A stretch of DNA of 13,038 nt from Elusimicrobiota bacterium. GTDB lineage: Bacteria; Elusimicrobiota; Elusimicrobia; Elusimicrobiales; UBA9959. The notes under the pieces are model-generated. The model had not been told where the DNA came from. It did no database searches and worked only from the letters and a program-made list of their open reading frames with translations. The position numbers and the translations under genes are program-made. Positions 1-10,268 of the stretch are shown piece by piece. The stretch spans positions 1-13,038 of the forward strand of contig DAIENX010000012.1 in NCBI GenBank assembly GCA_027340875.1, in the 5' to 3' direction. Positions within the stretch are counted from its first letter, which is position 1, and the number at the start of each line of letters is the position of its first letter.

Positions 1-683
1 GCCTTCTCCATGGCCTCGAAAACGGTAACGGAGTAGCCCAGCATGGCCAGGTAATGCGCGGCGCTCATGCCGCCGGGGCCGCCGCCTATCACGGCGACCT
101 TGCGGCCGTTCTTCGGCGCCATCTCGGGCTTCCAGGCGTCCACCGAACAGCGGTCTATGTCTGAAACAAAGCGCTTCACCTGGTTTATCGAGACGGGCTC
201 GTCCACCAGGTTGCGGCGGCAGTGGTCCTCGCAGGGGTGGGGGCAGATGCGCCCGCAGACTGAGGGGAAAGGATTGCGCTCTTTGATGATGCGCAGCGCG
301 TCCGTGAAGTTGCCGCGCATGGCCTCGGAGAGGTAAGAGCGGATGTCGATGCCGGCCGGGCAGACCATGTTGCACGGCGCTATGCAGTCGCCGTGGTGGT
401 TGGAGAGCAGCAGCTCGAGGCCTATGCGGCGCAGCTCGCGTATGGCCTCGGTGTTCGTGCGCACCGTCATGCCGTCCTCGGCCTTAGTGGCGCAGGCCGG
501 GGCCATGCCGCGGCGGCCCTCCACCTCTACTATGCAGACGAAGCAGGAGGCGTAGGGGGGCAGGCGGGGATCGTAGCAGAGCGTGGGGATCTCTATCCCG
601 TTGGCCTTGGCTATCTGCAGCAGCGTGGAGCCCGCGGCGGCCTCCACCTTGCGCCCGTCGAGGTTTATCGAGATCTTCTTCAT
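1..683 (-). CDS. Partial (runs off left edge) FAD/NAD(P)-dependent Fe-S oxidoreductase large subunit: NuoG/HydA-type N-terminal [2Fe-2S] domain fused to a GltD/SudA-type domain (StnC/NfnA-like)
   Basis: Not in the ORF track; translated by hand from ATG at 683, which overlaps the upstream TGA (ATGA). Reads MKKISINLDGRKVEA...IPTLCYDPRLPPYASCFVCIVEVEG...APACAT (2Fe-2S), then LLLSNHHGDCIAPCNMVCPAGIDI...NPFPSVCGRICPHPCEDHCRR (GltD-type Fe-S), then KVAVIGGGPGG (Rossmann motif). Open to the window edge. Confidence 0.9.
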   Translation of the reverse strand, partial: MKKISINLDGRKVEAAAGSTLLQIAKANGIEIPTLCYDPRLPPYASCFVCIVEVEGRRGMAPACATKAEDGMTVRTNTEAIRELRRIGLELLLSNHHGDCIAPCNMVCPAGIDIRSYLSEAMRGNFTDALRIIKERNPFPSVCGRICPHPCEDHCRRNLVDEPVSINQVKRFVSDIDRCSVDAWKPEMAPKNGRKVAVIGGGPGGMSAAHYLAMLGYSVTVFEAMEK

Positions 684-3013
684 GCTGTCCTCCCTGCGGC
701 GGCGGGACCGGGCACGACGTCCACCGCCTTGAAGCGGCAGACGTCCTTGCAGACCCCGCAGCGGGTGCATATCGAATCGTCTATCACGTGGAGCTTCTTC
801 GGCTCGCCGGCGATGGCCTTCACCGGGCAGCGGCGCGCGCAGAGCGTGCAGCCGGTGCAGTTCGGGTTGATCTCGTAGTGTATCAGCGGCTTGCAGACGC
901 CGGCCGGGCAGCTCTTGTCCGTTATATGGGCCCGGTATTCGTCCTCGAAGTAGCGCATCGTGGTCAACACCGGGTTCGGAGCGGTCTGGCCGAGGCCGCA
1001 CAGCGAGGACTTCTTGATGCTCTCGCCGAGGCTCTTCAGTGTGTCCAGGTCCTCCAGCCTGCCCTTGCCGGCGCAGATGCGCTCGAGTATCTCGAGCATG
1101 CGCTTGGTGCCGACGCGGCAGAAAGTGCATTTGCCGCAGGACTCGTTCTGGGTGAATTTGAGGAAGAAGCGCGCGACGTCCACCATGCAGGTGCTGTCGT
1201 CCATCACGACCATGCCGCCTGAGCCCATGATCGCGCCGGTGGCGTTCAGCGAGTCGTAGTCTATCGGGGTGTCCAGCAGGCTCTCCGGTATACAGCCGCC
1301 GGACGGGCCGCCCATCTGCACGGCCTTGAGCTTGCGGCCGCCGGGCACGACGCCGCCCACCTCGTTGACCACCTCGCGCAGCGTCAGGCCCATCGGGACC
1401 TCCACCAGGCCGCCGCGGGCTATCTTGCCGGCCAGCGCGAACACCTTGGTGCCTTTGCTCTTCTCGGTGCCGAACCTGTTGAAGGCCGAGGCCCCGTTGG
1501 AAAGTATCCACGGCACGCAGGCCAGGGTCTCGACGTTGTTTATAGTGGTGGAATGGCCGAACACGCCGCTCTGCACCGGGTAGGGGGGGCGGATGCGCGG
1601 CATGCCGCGCTTGCCCTCCACGGAGGCGATCAGCGCGGTCTCCTCGCCGCAGACGAAGGCGCCGGCGCCTTCCTTCAGGTAGGCGGTGAACGAGAAGCCG
1701 GTGCCGAGTATGTTCTTGCCCAGCAGGCCCTTCTTCTCCGCTTCCTCGATGGCCCGGTTTATGCGACGCACGGCAAGAGGGTATTCGGCGCGTACGTAGA
1801 AGACGCCCTTGTTGGCGCCCACGGCGTAGGCGGCTATCATCAGGCCTTCGAGGACGGCGTGCGGGTCGCTCTCCAGCACGCTGCGGTCCATGAACGCGCC
1901 GGGGTCGCCCTCGTCGCCGTTGCAGATCATGTACTTCTCGCCGTCGGACGGCACCGCCGCCGCGAACTTCCACTTGGTGCCCGTCGGGAAGCCCGCGCCG
2001 CCGCGGCCGCGCAGGCCGGACGCCAGTACCTCGGCTATGACCTGTTCCGGCTTCATCGAGGTGAGCGCCTTGCGGAGGGCGGAATAGCCGCCGGCTTTCT
2101 CATAGGCCTCTATGGAATCCGGATCGATGACTCCGCAGTTGCGCAGGACTATGCGCTGCTGCTTGGCGTAGAAGGGGTTGGAGGCCGCGGGCTTCTCGGG
2201 AGATATCAGCAGGCTCTCCGTGACCGGCCTGCCCTCCAGCACGTGCTGCTGCATCACGCGGGCGGCGGTCTCGGCGGTGGCCTTGCCGTAGAAATAGGAG
2301 TGCCCGTCCTGCACGACCTCTAGTAACGGCTCCTCGTGGCACATGCCGTTGCAGCCGGTGGACAGCACCGGGACGTCCAGCCCGGCCTTCGCCGCTGCTT
2401 CGGTCACGGCCGCCAGCGTCTTGCGGGCGCCGGCAGCTACTCCGCAGGAGCCCATGCCCACGCGGACCAGGGTAACGCCCGGCGCGGGCTTGGCGGAGGC
2501 GGGCGCTTTGGCGGCTTTCGCGGCCGCTTCGGCGCAGGCGCAGCTTCCGGCCCTGGTCTCCTTGACCAGCTTCTTGACCTTGTCCGGCGTAATGCCTCCG
2601 TAGGTCTCGTCCTGCACCATGACCACGGGCGCCAGGCTGCAGCAGCCCAGGCAGGCCACGTCCTCCACGGAGAATTCGCCGTCGGGGGTTGTCTGGCCGT
2701 GGCCTATGCCGAGCTCCTCGTGCAGCGCCGAGCTGACCTTGTCGGCGCCGGCCACGTGGCAGGCGGTGCCGTGGCAGACCTTGATGTGGTGCTTGCCCAC
2801 CGGAGTCGTGCGGAACTGCGCGTAGAAAGAGTAGACCGCTATTATCTCGGCGGGGGCCACGCCCATCCGTTCCGCCAGCCTCTCTATGGCCGGGCGGGGA
2901 AGGTAGCCGAAACGGCTCTGTATCAGCTGCAGAAGGGGGATAAGCGAGCCTTTTCTGTCGCCGTACTTGGCGGCTATGGCGTCCACTTCGCTGATGATGG
3001 CTGAATTCTGCAT
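680..3013 (-). CDS. Fused NuoE-like + NuoF-like (HydC-HydB / StnA-StnB-like) NADH-binding FMN/Fe-S subunit, 777 aa
   Basis: NuoE Cys motifs CHGTAC...CLGCC; thioredoxin-like domain GMGSCG...GCNGMC; NuoF motifs GLRGRGGAGFPTG, NGDEGDPGAFMDR, GAGAFVCGEETAL, ESCGKCTFCRVG and LCGLG; C-terminal 2x[4Fe-4S] CTGCTLCARRCP / CTRCGVCKDVC. RBS TAAGGAG on the minus strand at 3023-3029. Confidence 0.93.
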   Translation of the reverse strand: MQNSAIISEVDAIAAKYGDRKGSLIPLLQLIQSRFGYLPRPAIERLAERMGVAPAEIIAVYSFYAQFRTTPVGKHHIKVCHGTACHVAGADKVSSALHEELGIGHGQTTPDGEFSVEDVACLGCCSLAPVVMVQDETYGGITPDKVKKLVKETRAGSCACAEAAAKAAKAPASAKPAPGVTLVRVGMGSCGVAAGARKTLAAVTEAAAKAGLDVPVLSTGCNGMCHEEPLLEVVQDGHSYFYGKATAETAARVMQQHVLEGRPVTESLLISPEKPAASNPFYAKQQRIVLRNCGVIDPDSIEAYEKAGGYSALRKALTSMKPEQVIAEVLASGLRGRGGAGFPTGTKWKFAAAVPSDGEKYMICNGDEGDPGAFMDRSVLESDPHAVLEGLMIAAYAVGANKGVFYVRAEYPLAVRRINRAIEEAEKKGLLGKNILGTGFSFTAYLKEGAGAFVCGEETALIASVEGKRGMPRIRPPYPVQSGVFGHSTTINNVETLACVPWILSNGASAFNRFGTEKSKGTKVFALAGKIARGGLVEVPMGLTLREVVNEVGGVVPGGRKLKAVQMGGPSGGCIPESLLDTPIDYDSLNATGAIMGSGGMVVMDDSTCMVDVARFFLKFTQNESCGKCTFCRVGTKRMLEILERICAGKGRLEDLDTLKSLGESIKKSSLCGLGQTAPNPVLTTMRYFEDEYRAHITDKSCPAGVCKPLIHYEINPNCTGCTLCARRCPVKAIAGEPKKLHVIDDSICTRCGVCKDVCRFKAVDVVPGPAAAGRTA

Positions 3014-3036
3014 AGAGGCAGGCTCCTTAGTGAGAG

Positions 3037-3066
3037 TTGCGCGCGTTCCGTAATGTTAATTATACT
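3037..3066. promoter_or_regulatory. Putative divergent sigma70 promoter region with overlapping -10 boxes
   Basis: Plus strand TTGCGC(3037-3042)-N18-TATACT(3061-3066); minus strand TATAAT (ATTATA at 3059-3064). AT-rich patch between divergent genes. Confidence 0.45.
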
Positions 3067-3129
3067 AAAAAGCAAAGTTCACCTTATTCCGCCACGGCGG
3101 GCGAGCCGGAGGCGCGGAGGCGTTCACAA

Positions 3130-4725
3130 ATGCGCAAAGATACGGCCAGGATAACCGGTTCCCATATCATAGGCTGCTCGTTCTCCCGGGGAAGCGGGGG
3201 AAAGACCTTCCGCGGCGTAGATCCCGCCACCGGGAACGGTCTCCCCGGGACTTTCCGCGAGGCGGGCCAGGCCGAGGCCGACCGCGCCCTCAGGGCGGCG
3301 CAGCGGGCCTTCGTCGAGCTGCAGGACATGCCCGTCGGAAAGATAGCCGGGATGCTGAAGCGGGTCGCGGCCGGCCTGGAAACCTGCGCCGGGGCCATAA
3401 TAGAGCGGGCGCACCTCGAGACCGGCCTTCCTTACGAGAGGCTCAGGTCGGAGCTGTCCCGAACCGCCGGGCAGGCCCGCGTCTTCGCAGAGCTCATCCT
3501 CGAAGGCTCCTGGGTGCAGGCCAGGATAGACAGCGCCATCCCGGGCAGGAAGCCGCTGCCGAAGCCCGACCTGCGGACGATGATGATGCCGATAGGCCCC
3601 ATAGCCGTCTTCGGCGCCAGCAACTTTCCGCTCGCCATCTCCGTGGCCGGCACCGATACCGTGGCGGCCTTCGCGGCGCGCTGCCCGGTGATAGTGAAAG
3701 GCCACCCGGCCCATCCCGGCACCTGCGAGCTGGTAGGCCGGGTGATAGCGGAGGCGGTGCGCCGCTCCGGCCTGCCGCCCGGGATGTTCTCGCTGCTGCA
3801 GGCCTCCGGTTTCGAGGCCGGGCTGGCCCTGGTGAGACATCCGCTCACCGCCGCTGTCGCCTTCACCGGTTCCCTGGTCGGCGGCAGGGCCCTGGCCGAC
3901 GCGGCCGCCGCCCGCCCCGTTCCCATACCCGTTTACGCCGAGATGGGCAGCGTGAACCCGGTGTTCCTGCTGCCGGGCGCCCTGAATTCGCGCCCCGAGG
4001 AGATAGCCGAGGGCCTGGCCCGCTCGCTCAATACCGGAGTGGGACAATACTGCACCAACCCGGGCATGGTAATAGCCGCAGACTGTCCCGGCTACGCCCG
4101 TTTCCTCGCCGCGCTCTGCGCCAGGGCCAGGGCCGTGCCGGCCGCCCCGATGCTGCACGCCGGCATACAGGCTGCCTATGACCGCGGCACGGCCAGGCTG
4201 GCCGCCATACCGAACGTGCGCCTGGCGGCCGCGGCCCCGGAAGGGGAGGCGGGCCCTAAGAAGGCCGTCTGCAGGATCTTTACCGCCGATGTCTCGCTGA
4301 TAGACCGCAGGCCGGAGCTCGGCGAGGAGGTATTCGGCCCGGCCACCGTGGTCTACCGCTGCAGGAGCGAAGCGGCCATGCTCAAGGCCGCGGACGGCAT
4401 GAGGGGGAGCCTTACGGCCACCGTCCACGCCATCCCCGGGGAACTGCGGCGCTGCGCCCCGCTGCTGCGGGCCCTGCGCCGCAAGGCCGGCCGCATTGTC
4501 TGCAACGGCTATCCCACCGGGCTGGAGCCCTGCCCCAGCCTGCACCACGGCGGCCCTTACCCCGCCACCACGCACAGCTTCTTCACCAGCGTCGGGACTG
4601 CCGCCATCTACAGGTATGTCCGGCCCGTCTGTTTCCAGGGATTCGAAGCCCCCGGCCTGCCTGAAGAGCTCCAGGAAGCCAACCCGAGGGGGATAAGGCG
4701 CCTGGTGGACGGCGTCCTCCGGTAG
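3130..4725 (+). CDS. Aldehyde dehydrogenase, alpha-ketoglutaric semialdehyde (2,5-dioxovalerate) dehydrogenase-like family, 531 aa
   Basis: VFGASNFPLA, KGHPAHP, FTGS..GG, catalytic EMGSVNP and GQYCTNPG, EEVFGP, HGGPYPATT. ATG 3130 is preceded by GGAGG and is preferred over the track start at 3037. Confidence 0.9.
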   Translation: MRKDTARITGSHIIGCSFSRGSGGKTFRGVDPATGNGLPGTFREAGQAEADRALRAAQRAFVELQDMPVGKIAGMLKRVAAGLETCAGAIIERAHLETGLPYERLRSELSRTAGQARVFAELILEGSWVQARIDSAIPGRKPLPKPDLRTMMMPIGPIAVFGASNFPLAISVAGTDTVAAFAARCPVIVKGHPAHPGTCELVGRVIAEAVRRSGLPPGMFSLLQASGFEAGLALVRHPLTAAVAFTGSLVGGRALADAAAARPVPIPVYAEMGSVNPVFLLPGALNSRPEEIAEGLARSLNTGVGQYCTNPGMVIAADCPGYARFLAALCARARAVPAAPMLHAGIQAAYDRGTARLAAIPNVRLAAAAPEGEAGPKKAVCRIFTADVSLIDRRPELGEEVFGPATVVYRCRSEAAMLKAADGMRGSLTATVHAIPGELRRCAPLLRALRRKAGRIVCNGYPTGLEPCPSLHHGGPYPATTHSFFTSVGTAAIYRYVRPVCFQGFEAPGLPEELQEANPRGIRRLVDGVLR

Positions 4726-4735
4726 GACCCCAAAA

Positions 4736-4744
4736 TGCTATACT
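4736..4744 (+). promoter_or_regulatory. Extended -10 promoter element for PFOR
   Basis: TG-c-TATACT about 70 nt upstream of the PFOR ATG; RBS TAAGGAG at 4796-4802. Confidence 0.5.
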
Positions 4745-4811
4745 ATTCCTTAGGTAGGGTCCGCCTTTCATTAGACGAGCTTTGCGATACTTCCTTAAGG
4801 AGTCAATTATA

Positions 4812-8405
<3,594 letters not shown>

Positions 8406-8421
8406 ACAGCCGCGGCCGAAG

Positions 8422-8456
8422 AAGAGGGCGGACCGCCTGGTCCGCCCTCTTTTTTT
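8422..8456 (+). terminator. Rho-independent terminator after PFOR
   Basis: Perfect 13-bp stem AAGAGGGCGGACC / GGTCCGCCCTCTT with GCCT loop, running into T7 (8450-8456). Confidence 0.92.
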
Positions 8457-8532
8457 CGCATAGGCCAAAGGACCTAGAAGCTTCCGGCCGCACCGGCAGT
8501 TTTCCGCTGGGCTTTCCGCCAGTTCCCCGGTA

Positions 8533-8561
8533 TTTACAATGTATTGCATTGTTTTTATCTT
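8533..8561 (+). promoter_or_regulatory. Putative sigma70 promoter overlapped by a palindromic operator-like site
   Basis: TTTACA(8533-8538)-N17-TATCTT(8556-8561); palindrome ACAATG-tattg-CATTGT at 8536-8552. A second -10-like TATACT lies at 8645-8650. Confidence 0.5.
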
Positions 8562-8684
8562 ACCCAGAGGACCCAGGAGGGTCTGGGCCCAAATAGTTGC
8601 CGAGCCTGGGCCTTTGGACGGTGATGGATATCTGCTGGCGGGGTTATACTTTAAGTGTAAGAACTGGAAAAAGGAGTACACAGC

Positions 8685-9836
8685 ATGTATAAATACCTCT
8701 CCTCCTTCTCCGCGCTGATGGCCACCGTCCTCGTTTGCGCCTTGACGGCCTCAGCCCAGGACCTCACGGTCAGGGATACCCCGCAGGATTCCGCAGGATT
8801 CACCGCCTACCAGAAAGAATGGGCCAAGAAGTACCCGGACTATTTCATCATCAGCACCGGCTCCGTCCGCGTGACGCTGCAGGAAGTGAAGGAAGAACCG
8901 GACATGAGTTATGTCCGGTTGCAGGAAGAGCCCCCCAAGGACCTGAACAGCGTTCTGGTCAGCGTTGAGAAAATAGTCAATATAGCCTCAAAGCTCTGGG
9001 AGATAGTAAAGGACGGCAAGCCGGTGGCCAACATAGACACCAAGTACGCCACCGCCTACCCGGACGGCGTGACCTCCGCCACCCAGCTGGCCCAGTGGAC
9101 CAAGCCCAAGACCTACGTCTACGGCTTCTACGCGGCGAATCTCTACGGCTCCACGATGATAGACTGCAAGTACAAGGTCTCCTATACCTATAGCGGCTCC
9201 TATAAGGGCGTGGGCAAGTTCCTGACCGGCGTGGCCGTGATCCCCACCTCTATCACCGTGGGCTGGGGTTACCGCTTCGACATGTCGGCCCAGGTGCCGG
9301 ATTCGACCATAGCCAACGTGGGCACCGACAAGTCCCCGGTGGCGGCCATGCAGCTCAAACTGACCTGGAAGATGTCCACCGTTCTGAAGGAAGTCACCGG
9401 CACCAGCGTCTATTACGTGCAGGGCGACGGCTACTACGAGGAGATAGCCAGCCCGTGGAAGAAGGACCAGAAAGAGCCGGAAAACGTTAAAGCGGCCGCG
9501 CCGCTAATCACATTTTTTAACCAGCAGAAAGGAACTGTTGGAGACGTTTTTGCTCGGAATTCTGGTTTGGGAAATGAAACCTGCGCTATTTCAGACTCCA
9601 GGCCAATTGTTCCGATTCCGACTCCAATTCCAGTCCCTCTGCCTCCTGTCCCGCATCCGGCAGTTCCTCCGGCTGAGAAGCCTTGTTCCCCATGTCCGGA
9701 GCCTCCTCCCTCCGAGATTCACACGGATCATCAGCATGGGAACTGCAAAAATGGACATGAGCACTACTTTGAATACCATCAGGAACCTGCTCCGGGATGC
9801 AAATGCCGGTTGGTAAAAAAGACAAAATGTTTATGA
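8685..9836 (+). CDS. Secreted protein A (383 aa): signal peptide, beta-rich domain of unknown family, then a low-GC-encoded Pro-rich linker and Cys/His-rich C-terminal tip; candidate polymorphic toxin
   Basis: RBS AAGGAG; Sec-type signal ending in ASA. Residues up to about 279 are paralogous to 10269-11102; residues 280-383 are encoded by AT-richer DNA. The CDS is well supported, the toxin function is inference. Confidence 0.8.
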   Translation: MYKYLSSFSALMATVLVCALTASAQDLTVRDTPQDSAGFTAYQKEWAKKYPDYFIISTGSVRVTLQEVKEEPDMSYVRLQEEPPKDLNSVLVSVEKIVNIASKLWEIVKDGKPVANIDTKYATAYPDGVTSATQLAQWTKPKTYVYGFYAANLYGSTMIDCKYKVSYTYSGSYKGVGKFLTGVAVIPTSITVGWGYRFDMSAQVPDSTIANVGTDKSPVAAMQLKLTWKMSTVLKEVTGTSVYYVQGDGYYEEIASPWKKDQKEPENVKAAAPLITFFNQQKGTVGDVFARNSGLGNETCAISDSRPIVPIPTPIPVPLPPVPHPAVPPAEKPCSPCPEPPPSEIHTDHQHGNCKNGHEHYFEYHQEPAPGCKCRLVKKTKCL

Positions 9837-10252
9837 AAAAGCTGAAAACCTCAAAAGGTATATTCGAGCTTTTAAGGAAGTTAAATTTCTTCCATGATGC
9901 GTTCATCAAATCGGTAAAGATAGAATCAGCAGACTCTTTCTCGCGGTTAAAAGGTGAAATGGTGAAAGAAGTCACAGGATCCATGAGTTTGCTCCTGCAC
10001 ATAAAACATTATAATTATGCGCAAAAAACCGCATTGGCGGTTTCGGATATTCTATTGCACTTCAATAACGTAAAAATTTTAAAGTTTCAGGCAGGCACAT
10101 TGGAATATCCCTCCGGGTTTGATATTGTCAGCGCCAAAATTGAACCTATTGGAAGTATGCTTAAGATGGTTTTTGAGGGGAACTCGCGCGGAACTGCTAA
10201 AAAAAACTGCGATCTGCTGGAGATCGTATTTTCCGATTTGCGGTTACTTAAC
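9517..10252. other. Low-GC acquired cassette bounded by TTAAC direct repeats
   Basis: Hand counts: 9841-9900 is 21/60 GC versus 41/60 for 9061-9120. TTAAC at 9517-9521 and 10248-10252. Confidence 0.65.
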
Positions 10253-10255
10253 TAA
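9833..10255 (+). CDS. Small cytoplasmic hypothetical protein (140 aa), candidate immunity protein
   Basis: ATG 9833 overlaps the TGA of gene A (ATGA coupling); low GC; no signal peptide or TM segment; LNFFHDAFIKSVKI motif near the N-terminus. Confidence 0.7.
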   Translation: MKKLKTSKGIFELLRKLNFFHDAFIKSVKIESADSFSRLKGEMVKEVTGSMSLLLHIKHYNYAQKTALAVSDILLHFNNVKILKFQAGTLEYPSGFDIVSAKIEPIGSMLKMVFEGNSRGTAKKNCDLLEIVFSDLRLLN

Positions 10256-10268
10256 GGAGGAAGCGAAA

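Noticed and set aside
550..570. Possible frameshift at the G6/G4 runs in the left gene
   Set aside because: Hand translation stays in frame (LCYDPRLPPYASCFVC).
680..3013. Respiratory complex I nuoEF or [FeFe]-hydrogenase call
   Set aside because: Extra ferredoxin domains and a GltD-like partner are present; no membrane nuo genes or H-cluster motifs are visible in the window.
3112..3129. Possible Rex operator (TTCACAA) before the ALDH
   Set aside because: Only a half-site; the matching TTGTGAA arm is absent.
8590..8650. Resemblance of GCTGGCGGGGTTATAC to the 3' end of a c-di-GMP-I riboswitch
   Set aside because: The GGCAAAC / GNRA / GACGCAAAGC core elements are missing.
9586..10002. Minus-strand and alternate-frame ORFs in the low-GC block (9586-10002, 9591-9779, 9538-9816)
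   Set aside because: They overlap the better-supported coupled plus-strand pair and show no RBS or motifs.
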